DNA from: a virus
UHGV virus genome: UHGV-0037185
DNA: 29,639 nt
Reading direction: 5' to 3' (one strand)
Shown here: in pieces, positions 17,583 through 27,049 of the stretch
Layout: every line of letters begins with the position of its first letter
Numbering within the stretch: position 1 is the stretch's first letter
Position numbers and translations under genes: made by a program
Notes under the pieces: generated by a model
What the model was told of the DNA's origin: nothing
The model's input: only the letters and a program-made list of their open reading frames with translations
Database searches by the model: none

Positions 17583-17640
17583 AGTTTTTCCTGAAATTAA
17601 GGGTTAATCGTGAAGGTTTTCCCGGACTGACTGACGCCGG

Positions 17641-18495
17641 TCAACAGTTCGTCATCAGCGCGTCACCGCCACCGCCGGTGGCCTTGCTGCGGCGCTGCTG
17701 GGTCAGACTTTCGGTGTGGTCGAGGCTGTTTTTCAGGCGGGTGAATGCCTGGCTGGTTTCATCCGCCCTGTCAGTCACCTCCTGCTTAAGTGCAGAAAAG
17801 GCGGTTTCCATCTCAGAGAGGCGCTGCTCAGTGGCGCTCAGTTTTTCCTGCACATGTTCAGCAACAGCGGTCACCGCTTCATGCACGTCATTCAGACGGG
17901 CGTCATCGCTGGCCTGTTTGCGGCCAAAAATGGATTTCACCTTTTCGGTCAGGGCGGTGAACACGGTTTCAGGCAGGTCTTCAAATTCCAGCTCAACAGG
18001 CGTTGCCACTGAAATCAGGTTTTCAGGGCTTAATTTGAAGCGGTTCAGGGGGTTGTGTTTTGCCGTGCGGCAGAATTCCAGGTATTCCGTGCCGAGGCTT
18101 GCCGGGTCATCGGTGACGGCCAGACCCACCAGATAACATTTGCCGGTATTGGCAAAGTTCGGCTGAATTTCCATTGAGGTATAGACCTTCTGCGCGGCCT
18201 TGTTCATCGCGATAAGGTCATCGGTCGGGGTGATTTTCGCAAACAGCGCCCATTTGCCTTTCAGCGCCGAATCATCGTCAATCTTTTCGGCCTTCAGTTC
18301 GGCCACATCGCCATAACGTTTAAAAATACCGTCAGGCAGGATGCCGCGCAGATGTTCCAGGTTAATGCGGCAACCATAGACACGCGGGTCAAAGGTTTCG
18401 GCCATTTCCTGAATATCCTGCGCACTGATGACACGCCCGTCACAGGTGTCACCCTCAACGCCGATACGAAAGAATTTTGAGACTTTTTTTGCCAT
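17641..18495 (-). CDS. O: Capsid scaffolding protein gpO
   Basis: ORF 17641..18561; the start at MAKKVSKFFRIGVEG gives 284 aa as in P2 gpO. Confidence 0.85.
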   Translation of the reverse strand: MAKKVSKFFRIGVEGDTCDGRVISAQDIQEMAETFDPRVYGCRINLEHLRGILPDGIFKRYGDVAELKAEKIDDDSALKGKWALFAKITPTDDLIAMNKAAQKVYTSMEIQPNFANTGKCYLVGLAVTDDPASLGTEYLEFCRTAKHNPLNRFKLSPENLISVATPVELEFEDLPETVFTALTEKVKSIFGRKQASDDARLNDVHEAVTAVAEHVQEKLSATEQRLSEMETAFSALKQEVTDRADETSQAFTRLKNSLDHTESLTQQRRSKATGGGGDALMTNC

Positions 18496-18667
18496 TGTCA
18501 GGAGTCCTGAATAGTGATTAGAGGAGTCACATGTCGGCATCAGTTTCCCGACGATGCGCATCCTCCGCCATCAGTCCCGGATGGCTTATCACTGACACAA
18601 CAGCACCTTAGCGAATCGCGGGGCGCGACTCAGTAGCCTTGCCGTGTATTCATCACGCGAGGTATTC
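18496..18667. promoter_or_regulatory. Divergent late promoter region (expected Ogr-dependent P_O and P_P)
   Basis: Intergenic region between divergent O and P genes, by P2 synteny; I could not find a clean TGT-N12-ACA activator dyad by eye. Confidence 0.4.
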
Positions 18668-20440
18668 ATGACCATCACCACAGACACCACTCTTTTACAC
18701 GACCCGCGTCGTCAGGCGGCGCTGCTGTACTGGCAGGGATTTTCCGTGCCGCAGATTGCCGCCATGTTGCAGATGAAACGCCCGACGGTGCAGAGCTGGA
18801 AACAGCGCGACGGCTGGGACAGCGTTGCCCCCATCAGCCGTGTCGAAATGAGCCTGGAAGCGCGGCTGACCCAGCTCATCATCAAACCGCAGAAAACCGG
18901 CGGTGACTTCAAGGAAATTGACCTGCTGGGACGCCAGATTGAACGACTGGCACGGGTAAATCGCTACAGCCAGACCGGCAACGAGGCAGACCTTAATCCG
19001 AACGTCGCTAACCGCAACAAAGGCGGGCGGCGCAAACCGAAAAAGAATTTTTTCAGTGACGAGGCCATCGAAAAGCTGGAGCAGATTTTCTTTGAGCAGT
19101 CTTTCGACTATCAGTTGCACTGGTATCGCGCCGGGCTTGAGCACCGCATCCGCGATATCCTGAAATCCCGCCAGATTGGCGCAACGTTTTATTTTTCCCG
19201 CGAGGCGCTGCTGCGCGCCCTGAAAACCGGTCATAACCAGATTTTTCTGTCGGCCAGTAAAACGCAGGCGTATGTGTTCCGCGAATACATCATCGCCTTT
19301 GCCCATCTGGTTGACGTTGACCTTACCGGTGACCCGATTGTCCTGGGCAATAACGGCGCAAAACTGATTTTTCTCGGCACCAACTCCAACACCGCGCAGA
19401 GCCATAACGGCGACCTGTACGTCGACGAGATTTTCTGGATCCCGAATTTTCAGGTACTGCGTAAGGTGGCATCAGGTATGGCCTCACAGAGTCACCTGCG
19501 CTCGACCTATTTCTCCACCCCGTCCACGCTGGCGCACGACGCCTACCCGTTCTGGTCGGGTGAACTGTTTAACCGGGGACGCGCCAGCGCCGCCGAACGC
19601 GTGGAAATCGACGTCAGTCATAACGCCCTTGCCGGTGGGCTTCTCTGTGCGGACGGTCAGTGGCGGCAGATTGTCACCATTGAGGACGCCCTGAAAGGTG
19701 GCTGCACGCTGTTCGACATTGAGCAGCTCAAACGCGAAAACAGCGCCGACGATTTTAAAAACCTGTTCATGTGTGAATTTGTTGACGACAAGGCATCGGT
19801 GTTCCCGTTCGAGGAGCTGCAACGCTGCATGGTCGACACGCTGGAAGAATGGGAAGACTATGCGCCGTTTGCCGCAAATCCGTTCGGCTCACGTCCGGTA
19901 TGGATTGGTTACGACCCGTCACACCGTGGCGACAGCGCCGGATGCGTGGTACTGGCACCGCCGGTGGTGGCCGGTGGCAAATTCAGAATACTTGAGCGTC
20001 ACCAGTGGAAAGGCATGGACTTTGCCACCCAGGCGGAATCCATCCGCAAACTCACCGAAAAATACAACGTCGAATACATCGGAATTGATGCCACCGGCCT
20101 CGGTGTCGGCGTGTTCCAGCTCGTGCGCTCGTTCTATCCCGCCGCGCGCGATATCCGCTACACGCCGGAAATGAAAACCGCAATGGTGCTCAAGGCAAAA
20201 GACGTTATCCGCCGTGGCTGTCTGGAATATGACGTCAGCGCCACCGACATCACCAGCTCGTTTATGGCTATCCGCAAGACCATGACCAACAGCGGACGCA
20301 GTGCCACCTATGAGGCCAGCCGCAGCGAGGAAGCCAGCCACGCCGACCTCGCCTGGGCGACCATGCACGCCCTGTTAAATGAGCCACTCACCGCGGGTAT
20401 CAGCACTCCGCTGACATCCACCATTCTGGAGTTTTACTGA
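18668..20440 (+). CDS. P: Terminase large (ATPase) subunit gpP
   Basis: ORF from GTG 18644; the ATG at 18668 (MTITTDTTLLHDP...) gives 590 aa as in P2 gpP. Confidence 0.9.
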   Translation: MTITTDTTLLHDPRRQAALLYWQGFSVPQIAAMLQMKRPTVQSWKQRDGWDSVAPISRVEMSLEARLTQLIIKPQKTGGDFKEIDLLGRQIERLARVNRYSQTGNEADLNPNVANRNKGGRRKPKKNFFSDEAIEKLEQIFFEQSFDYQLHWYRAGLEHRIRDILKSRQIGATFYFSREALLRALKTGHNQIFLSASKTQAYVFREYIIAFAHLVDVDLTGDPIVLGNNGAKLIFLGTNSNTAQSHNGDLYVDEIFWIPNFQVLRKVASGMASQSHLRSTYFSTPSTLAHDAYPFWSGELFNRGRASAAERVEIDVSHNALAGGLLCADGQWRQIVTIEDALKGGCTLFDIEQLKRENSADDFKNLFMCEFVDDKASVFPFEELQRCMVDTLEEWEDYAPFAANPFGSRPVWIGYDPSHRGDSAGCVVLAPPVVAGGKFRILERHQWKGMDFATQAESIRKLTEKYNVEYIGIDATGLGVGVFQLVRSFYPAARDIRYTPEMKTAMVLKAKDVIRRGCLEYDVSATDITSSFMAIRKTMTNSGRSATYEASRSEEASHADLAWATMHALLNEPLTAGISTPLTSTILEFY

Positions 20441-21474
20441 TGAGCAAGAAAAAAGGGAAAACACCGCGACCAGCGGCAAAAAAAATGACCGCCAGCGCCC
20501 CGAAAATGGAGGCATTCACCTTTGGTGAACCGGTGCCGGTACTCGACCGCCGTGACATTCTGGATTACGTCGAGTGCATCAGTAACGGCAGATGGTATGA
20601 GCCACCGGTCAGCTTTACCGGTCTGGCAAAAAGCCTGCGTGCTGCCGTGCATCACAGCTCACCGATTTACGTCAAACGCAATATTCTGGCTTCAACGTTT
20701 ATCCCGCACCCGTGGCTGTCCCAGCAGGATTTCAGCCGCTTTGTGCTGGATTTTCTGGTGTTCGGTAATGCGTTTCTGGAAAAGCGTTACAGCACCACCG
20801 GTAAGGTCATCAGACTGGAAACCTCACCGGCAAAATATACCCGCCGTGGCGTGGAGGAGGATGTTTACTGGTGGGTGCCGTCCTTCAACGAGCCGACAGC
20901 CTTCGCGCCCGGCTCCGTGTTTCACCTGCTGGAGCCGGATATTAATCAGGAGCTGTACGGCCTGCCGGAATATCTCAGCGCCCTTAACTCTGCCTGGCTG
21001 AATGAGTCAGCCACGCTGTTCCGCCGCAAGTATTACGAAAACGGCGCTCATGCCGGATACATCATGTACGTTACCGATGCCGTGCAGGATCGCAACGATA
21101 TCGAAATGCTTCGCGAAAACATGGTGAAGTCGAAAGGCCGCAACAACTTTAAAAACCTGTTTCTCTATGCCCCGCAGGGGAAAGCTGACGGCATTAAAAT
21201 TATCCCGCTCAGTGAAGTGGCAACGAAGGACGATTTTTTTAATATCAAAAAAGCCAGCGCCGCTGACCTGCTGGACGCGCACCGCATCCCCTTTCAGTTG
21301 ATGGGCGGCAAGCCGGAGAACGTCGGGTCGCTGGGTGATATTGAGAAAGTGGCAAAGGTCTTTGTCCGCAATGAGCTTATCCCGTTACAGGACAGGATCC
21401 GCGAGATAAACGGCTGGCTCGGTCAGGAGGTCATCCGCTTTAAAAACTACTCACTGGACACTGACAACGGCTGA
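20440..21474 (+). CDS. Q: Portal protein gpQ
   Basis: 344-aa ORF (MSKKKGKTPRPAAKK...), same length as P2 gpQ; start overlaps the P stop. Confidence 0.92.
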   Translation: MSKKKGKTPRPAAKKMTASAPKMEAFTFGEPVPVLDRRDILDYVECISNGRWYEPPVSFTGLAKSLRAAVHHSSPIYVKRNILASTFIPHPWLSQQDFSRFVLDFLVFGNAFLEKRYSTTGKVIRLETSPAKYTRRGVEEDVYWWVPSFNEPTAFAPGSVFHLLEPDINQELYGLPEYLSALNSAWLNESATLFRRKYYENGAHAGYIMYVTDAVQDRNDIEMLRENMVKSKGRNNFKNLFLYAPQGKADGIKIIPLSEVATKDDFFNIKKASAADLLDAHRIPFQLMGGKPENVGSLGDIEKVAKVFVRNELIPLQDRIREINGWLGQEVIRFKNYSLDTDNG

Positions 21475-21479
21475 ACATC

Positions 21480-21502
21480 GCCGCCTGCGGGCGGCTTTTT
21501 TA
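21480..21502 (+). terminator. Rho-independent terminator after Q
   Basis: GC stem gccgcc-tgcg-ggcggc followed by a run of six T. Confidence 0.75.
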
Positions 21503-21629
21503 CACCCTCACATGCTCACCACCGCACAAAACAGCCCGCAGACACACCAACGCCCCGGCGAACAATCTAAACGCCATCACGACGCGCTCAGACGCTGAAA
21601 AAATAAAATCAGCACCACCGCCAGCGCGC

Positions 21630-21648
21630 AGTGCTTTCCCCGCCTCGC
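21630..21648. other. cos site (19-nt cohesive end sequence)
   Basis: Plus strand gtgctttccccgcctcgcc, the reverse complement of GGCGAGGCGGGGAAAGCAC, which I recall as the P2 cohesive end; located just past Q as in P2. Confidence 0.8.
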
Positions 21649-21886
21649 CCGCCCGCTTCATGGGGCGGTTTTAATGCAGTTGCAATAACACATCAAAACA
21701 TCGTCAATACAGGCGATTATAAACAATAAAAAACGATCGCTGCCGCATGCAAAATCATGCACTAAATGCATGTATTGAAGGGAAATTAGGAACGTGCTCG
21801 TTTGGGTCTAAACTATGATTTCGACACAACTATTTTCCCCAAATCAAAACTAAATTCGACATCCCCATTTACGATATTTTCATTTG

Positions 21887-22708
21887 TCACATGCTCATCA
21901 AAAAGGTCACTAACATCATACCCCGACTGAAACACTGGCTCATGATAGCCACGTCGGTGAATGGCTCTTTTTCATGTGTTATATAATATTGACCATAAAC
22001 ATTTGCAGATTCATCTGCATCATTAAGACTAAGGACTGTTTTTGCTTTGACTTCAGGCATCAGAGAAAAATCAATATTATTCAACAAACACAGTAAGATG
22101 CCTGCTATTGCTCTCCTGTTATTATCAAGCGGCATCAAGTCCACCCCTGGAATCGCCTTCCGAAGCAATATTTTCAGCTCATTAAATAAAGAGTCGAACT
22201 TAATTGCGTCAGAACAATTGAGTAACGACAAAGCTTCATTAATCATTCGCCCTTCATTGGAACCAATTTCTGATGTTAACTTACAAACACCATCATTAAC
22301 AATATACGATTTTTTGTTATTAAGCTTCTTCCTCGCTGTAATTACCTGTCCCCCCTTTAAGTTTAACTTCTCCTTTAAAAACTCATCACTGAACATTCTT
22401 AATTGCAGTCTGATTAATGTAGGTAAGTATTTCGGGTATTCATTTAACTCTGGTTTAACAGCATACTTGTCGCGTCCAAATTTTAAACTTAATAACAAAT
22501 GATTCCTCAGCATGATATCCTTTATCTCGCCTTGATCTCTCCGATGATTATGGGCAACAAAACTCCCAATTTCAAAAATACACTTGGGCGCACTCGGCAA
22601 CTCACGGGCCGTAACAAAAAGAACATCAATATCACTATCAGTGAAACTCCCATCCTTTAATCTTCTCAACACTCTCTCTATTCTTGAGATTGCTTTACTT
22701 TTATTCAT
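21887..22708 (-). CDS. Hypothetical protein, 273 aa, AT-rich cargo gene at the tin/old position (candidate anti-phage defence protein)
   Basis: Long ORF in a strongly AT-rich stretch flanked by GC-richer phage genes; same strand as A, ends about 240 bp from cos; no family recognised. Confidence 0.7.
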   Translation of the reverse strand: MNKSKAISRIERVLRRLKDGSFTDSDIDVLFVTARELPSAPKCIFEIGSFVAHNHRRDQGEIKDIMLRNHLLLSLKFGRDKYAVKPELNEYPKYLPTLIRLQLRMFSDEFLKEKLNLKGGQVITARKKLNNKKSYIVNDGVCKLTSEIGSNEGRMINEALSLLNCSDAIKFDSLFNELKILLRKAIPGVDLMPLDNNRRAIAGILLCLLNNIDFSLMPEVKAKTVLSLNDADESANVYGQYYITHEKEPFTDVAIMSQCFSRGMMLVTFLMSM

Positions 22709-23034
22709 GACATTCTTTCAACCTTAATCAATATTTAATTTAAATAAACCATTCTCATACGCCAACCATACCTGTGACACCTGACAAACCAAATAAAAAC
22801 AAAGGTACAGCGGATATTGGTATGTACAGCTATATTACACATAAACTCATGTTAGTAACATAAGATCTTCTTGTGAATATTTGTAATTTATTAGTTCACC
22901 AACATTAATCTTTCCAACCGTTATAAATCCAATCATATGCTGATACTCAAATGACGGCCAACTACCACCTCGCGCTGTTCGTTGTTCCCTCCAGCAGCAC
23001 TGGAAGCATGTTTCAGTACTGCTGGGGTTTTCTA

Positions 23035-23250
23035 TCAACAACGTGGTAGCAGTGCAATTTTAGACTGTTCTATATCGTTAAACCGCACGTAATTATCCCG
23101 GACTATTTCGGCACACCCGACCAACTCGTCGGGCGTCAGATTTTCGTTGACCATAATCTGCTGTAGACGGTGAACAATAGCCATCAGCTTGATATTTTTA
23201 GTGTTATGTTGCGGTATCTCGCCTGGTATTCTGTGCATTATCCAAGCCAC
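23035..23250 (-). CDS. Hypothetical small protein (71 aa)
   Basis: Start overlaps the end of the upstream ORF by 13 nt, suggesting translational coupling; no recognisable domain. Confidence 0.4.
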   Translation of the reverse strand: MAWIMHRIPGEIPQHNTKNIKLMAIVHRLQQIMVNENLTPDELVGCAEIVRDNYVRFNDIEQSKIALLPRC

Positions 23251-23690
23251 CCGTTTTGCTTTGCACGCTCAATCTGTTCATCTGAATAGTTCCATGCTCC
23301 ATCCGTGGCAACCATTGCCCCGCCAGACATCCCCGTCTCTGGTTCATACATAACAGCAAGGCCGAGCTGATGCATAATTTCATGATTAATTCTGAATACC
23401 AGACCACGCTCACTAAGTTCTTTCCAGTTCACAATCTCATATGCGCCTGTATTAAGCTGCTCAATACTCAGCAAGACATAATCTTCCAGCCAGTCTGACA
23501 GGTCAGTAACATCTGTTATCCGGGCTTCAACCTTTCGCCCCGTATACACACCCTGCACCCATTCATGCAAAATCAACGTGTCCCCGCGCTCATAATTACG
23601 GTCATTTTTCCGAAACTCTGCGCGTTTCTTTCCTTCCAGCACAAGGTCGAAATATTTTGCGTGCAGCTTTACCTCGTGAATTTTTGCCAT
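23238..23690 (-). CDS. ASCH-like (DUF3850-type) protein, about 150 aa
   Basis: N-terminus MAKIHEVKLHAKYFDLVLEGKKRAEFRKNDRNYERGDTLILHEW fits the DUF3850/ASCH pattern as I recall it; the ATG at 23690 overlaps the A stop (ORF track extends to 23726). Confidence 0.6.
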   Translation of the reverse strand: MAKIHEVKLHAKYFDLVLEGKKRAEFRKNDRNYERGDTLILHEWVQGVYTGRKVEARITDVTDLSDWLEDYVLLSIEQLNTGAYEIVNWKELSERGLVFRINHEIMHQLGLAVMYEPETGMSGGAMVATDGAWNYSDEQIERAKQNGWLG

Positions 23691-25975
23691 CATGTCCACT
23701 CCATTACTGTTGAGAATCCCGGCCACTCATCAGCGACCGGATACGTGAATTTTTTCCCGTCATAATTTACAGTCGCGCCACGCGCCAGCGCCTCAAGCTC
23801 CCATCGCTGCGGCCTGATACCGTTCTGAGCAAGGTCAACGCGGATACGGGTGATTTGCATTCGTTCCGACCGGGTCAGTCTGGCCGATGGCGCAATTTCA
23901 TGCGGTTTTAACGTGCTTCCGTTTCTTTGCTGACAGTTTGGTCTTCTATGTCCGTGTTTTAATGCGCCCCTGAGCGCCCTCACGACCTCCGGGTCATTCC
24001 ATTCGATAACACCGTCATCAACCAGATTAAGCACTGCTGCGGCGTGTTCAGAAGGTGTGGGGGCCGGTAACGAAGTATCACCACCGGTGAGCTTTCCACA
24101 GTTATTGACAGGACTCCGAGGCGCGGCGATGCCGCTTTTTAAAGTCAAAGGCTCAACGACCGGCACTTTCGGAACAATGCGCCAGTCCGTCGTTCTGGTG
24201 ATATGAATATGACGCGCGCCGAGATGCGGCGCGTAAATGCCGACCACTCTCTCGACTTCTTCCTCGTACTCGTTAACTTCATCCGACGGACTACGGGCAA
24301 CCCTGACAGTCTGACAATCGCGCGGAACATTTGCCCCGCCCTGCGCGCTGATATACAGCGCAAAATCACCACTGTCTGCGGCGGCGCGTGCAGCCTCGAC
24401 GCGCTCGTCAAACTCATCAGCAATGCTGACGCCGCGAGGCAATTTGCGTAGTTCACGGTAAGCCCCCATTGTCGGCAGGCCAACCGTTTTAAATTGCGGA
24501 ATGCGCCACGTTGACGCCCATGCGGTAACAGCTGCGGCAGTATCTTTCAGAGGTCTGCCGGTATCGTTATCGAGCTGCCCATCCAGTGCATAGCCGTCGA
24601 TATTTTTTGAGATGTATTTCGCGATATACCCCGCAGCACCGCCCCGGTTAAGATGTTTTGCCTGAAAACGGTTTCGCGCGGCTCCTCTTTCGTCGCCATC
24701 CTCTTTGAGCGCATAGCGACGCATGATTTCGATAATCTGGTTACGCTGGCGTGGATTACAAAAAAGCATCATATGCCAGTGCGGCGTTCCGTCGTGGTGT
24801 GGCTCGACGACGCGCAAACCGTAGACCTGTAAATCATTATCCTTGAATGCCGTGCGCATCAGGCTCCAGATACGGCAGAGATAACGCTGCGCATCCTTTG
24901 GATTAAATGCCTCATCGTTCCAGCCGTGATTAAGCTGAACGGTTTTACTTTCGCCTTTTCCGACCTGACGTGTCGGGTGATACTTTGACGGCGCGGTCAG
25001 CGTGATAAACATCCCCACATCACCCTCTGCGGCGGCGTAACGCTCAATACCGGCAATGGTGTTCATCAGCTCCATCCGGCGAATTTCAGGATTAGAAATA
25101 CTGCCCATCACCTTACTGATAAGGTCGATGCGCTCGCCGGTTTCCCTGTTTTCAAGGTCACACGATTTAAGAAATTCCAGATTTGCCTGGCGGCGCGCAC
25201 GCACATCACGAATGGCGTGTTTACTGGCATAAGGAGAACGGTCTTTATTGACCTCCCCGACAGCTATCAGTAACGCTTCATGCCAGCGCATACGCTGGCC
25301 TTTAAGCTGATGAGTCCACCACTCATCGTTAAACAGACGGGCAATGGCAGAATATGCCTGCCTCGTGGTCATCTGTCCTTTACGGTATTTTTTCCAGTAA
25401 AGCGGGGAAATATTGAAAGCACGTGCAGCGCCAGCAACATGACCATACAGATGCGCCTGCGCCTCATCCGTAAACAGCGATTCTTTTTCGCCATGCGCAT
25501 CCACCCAGGCATCGCAGAGTTCCTCATACATCATGAAAATCTGCGATGAGATACGGGCGGCAAACTTTTTCAGCTCCTTGTCATTCATTCCAGGCAGGCG
25601 CGCATAGTGGTCACGCTCTGCCAGAAACAGCAACGACGCGTCGGTGTTCATTTCATGGCGCTGATTCACACGCTCAATACGCGGCCATAAACGACGCTGA
25701 AAAGTGGATGTGAGGAAATAAAACCCGTGTACCGGACTTTTATTGCGCCGGATGTAGTCATAGCGTGAAGTAAACAGCGAGCGCAAAAAGTAAGGCAGGC
25801 GGTTAATCGTGGATAAAACACCTTGCACCTGACGCATCTCGTCACGTGTAAGAGGTCTTTCTCGCCCGACGGCCTCGCGTGGCGCGTTCCATGCATAAGC
25901 ACCGGTAAACGTCTCACCGGTGCCTGCGGCAAATGCTGACGGAGGGACAAAACGCCCGGAGGCTTTAACGGCCAT
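23690..25975 (-). CDS. A: Replication initiation protein gpA (rolling-circle HUH nickase)
   Basis: ORF 23690..26017; the start at MAVKASGRF gives 761 aa as in P2 gpA; contains HUH motif (PHWHMMLF) and active-site tyrosine motif (YIAKYISK). Confidence 0.9.
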   Translation of the reverse strand: MAVKASGRFVPPSAFAAGTGETFTGAYAWNAPREAVGRERPLTRDEMRQVQGVLSTINRLPYFLRSLFTSRYDYIRRNKSPVHGFYFLTSTFQRRLWPRIERVNQRHEMNTDASLLFLAERDHYARLPGMNDKELKKFAARISSQIFMMYEELCDAWVDAHGEKESLFTDEAQAHLYGHVAGAARAFNISPLYWKKYRKGQMTTRQAYSAIARLFNDEWWTHQLKGQRMRWHEALLIAVGEVNKDRSPYASKHAIRDVRARRQANLEFLKSCDLENRETGERIDLISKVMGSISNPEIRRMELMNTIAGIERYAAAEGDVGMFITLTAPSKYHPTRQVGKGESKTVQLNHGWNDEAFNPKDAQRYLCRIWSLMRTAFKDNDLQVYGLRVVEPHHDGTPHWHMMLFCNPRQRNQIIEIMRRYALKEDGDERGAARNRFQAKHLNRGGAAGYIAKYISKNIDGYALDGQLDNDTGRPLKDTAAAVTAWASTWRIPQFKTVGLPTMGAYRELRKLPRGVSIADEFDERVEAARAAADSGDFALYISAQGGANVPRDCQTVRVARSPSDEVNEYEEEVERVVGIYAPHLGARHIHITRTTDWRIVPKVPVVEPLTLKSGIAAPRSPVNNCGKLTGGDTSLPAPTPSEHAAAVLNLVDDGVIEWNDPEVVRALRGALKHGHRRPNCQQRNGSTLKPHEIAPSARLTRSERMQITRIRVDLAQNGIRPQRWELEALARGATVNYDGKKFTYPVADEWPGFSTVMEWT

Positions 25976-26240
25976 ATGAGCCAAAAGCCTCTGAACAACG
26001 CTTGCTGAGTTGCTCAACCTGCGCGTTTAAATCAGCAAAAGACTTTGCGCTTCCGGTCAGAATATCGTGATGCATCAGGCCGGAAACGAGCTGGCTTAAT
26101 TTCGGGTAATAACCAACCACCGCCAGCCATTCCTGACCGGCGTTTTTACCGCTTTCAGCTCTCTTTTTCTCGTGGAGAATAAACTGAAAGCTGTCACTGG
26201 TAACGACATAACGTTCGCCAATTTCAATACGAATACTCAT
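25965..26240 (-). CDS. Hypothetical protein (P2 orf83 position)
   Basis: 91-aa ORF in the B-to-A early operon, tightly packed with neighbours. Confidence 0.6.
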   Translation of the reverse strand: MSIRIEIGERYVVTSDSFQFILHEKKRAESGKNAGQEWLAVVGYYPKLSQLVSGLMHHDILTGSAKSFADLNAQVEQLSKRCSEAFGSYGR

Positions 26241-26461
26241 GCCGTTCTCCGGTAATGTTTGTTTTTTGCTTCAAAAACTGACTGACAGGAAACACAACGC
26301 GTGGCTGACGGATAAGCCGCACGACGGGCAGCAGGTATTGGCGCGTCACACTCTTCGCAAACCATCGCAGAAGCACCGCAATGTTTTACCCTTGCCGCGT
26401 TAATCTGGCGCTCCAGTAATTCAGCCTGTTGTTCCTGAATAAAATCTACGTTGTCCGGCAT
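26237..26461 (-). CDS. DksA/TraR-family C4 zinc-finger protein (P2 orf82 position)
   Basis: 74-aa ORF with CxxC...CxxC (CEECDAPIP...CVSC). Confidence 0.8.
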   Translation of the reverse strand: MPDNVDFIQEQQAELLERQINAARVKHCGASAMVCEECDAPIPAARRAAYPSATRCVSCQSVFEAKNKHYRRTA

Positions 26462-26766
26462 TACCAGTTCCTTTTGTCGTTAAGGTTTTTAAATTCATCA
26501 GCGCAATAGCTGGCGATTTCTGTCGTTAATTTCGTCAGTTCATCCACGGAGGAGATTTGCTTGTGAAACACAGCGCGTTTAACAAGCAAATTGACCACAT
26601 CAGACAGGAGGTTTAATTCGTTCTGATAAATCGCGATAACAGACTCAGTTATTTCGCGTTTTTCTTTATCAAGACCAAGTTGAATAAGAGACAAATCGCC
26701 ATTTTTCATAACGGCGATTTTTAAGGCGTTATTCAGTAATACAACTGAATGAGAACAGGACATCAA
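26461..26766 (-). CDS. Hypothetical protein (P2 orf81 position)
   Basis: 101-aa ORF with stop/start overlap to both neighbours. Confidence 0.6.
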   Translation of the reverse strand: MMSCSHSVVLLNNALKIAVMKNGDLSLIQLGLDKEKREITESVIAIYQNELNLLSDVVNLLVKRAVFHKQISSVDELTKLTTEIASYCADEFKNLNDKRNW

Positions 26767-26987
26767 AGCACCTCCCCGCGAGACAATCCGATATTGTGAA
26801 ATTTTTCCGACTCCTGACTGAGCATCTCGACTATCTCCACGCGGGATAACTCCGCCTTTGTGATATGGCGAATCATGGCGTCAAGATGAGAAGAAAAGCG
26901 TGTCGCTGCGTCGGCCTGTGCTTCGGCTCTGGCCTGTTGCAGCAGTAATGCGTATTTACCGCACTTGTTTTCAGAAACTGTATGCAT
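26763..26987 (-). CDS. Hypothetical protein (P2 orf80 position)
   Basis: 74-aa ORF between B and the orf81-position gene. Confidence 0.6.
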   Translation of the reverse strand: MHTVSENKCGKYALLLQQARAEAQADAATRFSSHLDAMIRHITKAELSRVEIVEMLSQESEKFHNIGLSRGEVL

Positions 26988-27049
26988 GACTTTCTCCAGG
27001 CAAAAAGAAGCCCCGCACGATTAAGTGCGTTAAAACTCTGGTTAATTAC

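Noticed and set aside
18695-20368. Minus-strand ORFs 18695..19405 (236 aa) and 19919..20368 (149 aa) antisense to terminase gpP
   Set aside because: Fully embedded in the gpP coding region, which has the P2-expected length and position; no support for overlapping genes.
22047-22502. Plus-strand 151-aa ORF inside the AT-rich cargo gene
   Set aside because: Antisense to the longer 273-aa ORF; low-complexity translation (Leu/Ser/Asn/Phe-rich) typical of chance ORFs in AT-rich DNA.
22847-23041. 64-aa minus-strand ORF in the gap upstream of the cargo gene
   Set aside because: Spans the hairpin at 22991..23031, has no convincing ribosome-binding site, and its Cys/Trp/Arg-rich translation looks non-genic; more likely regulatory DNA.
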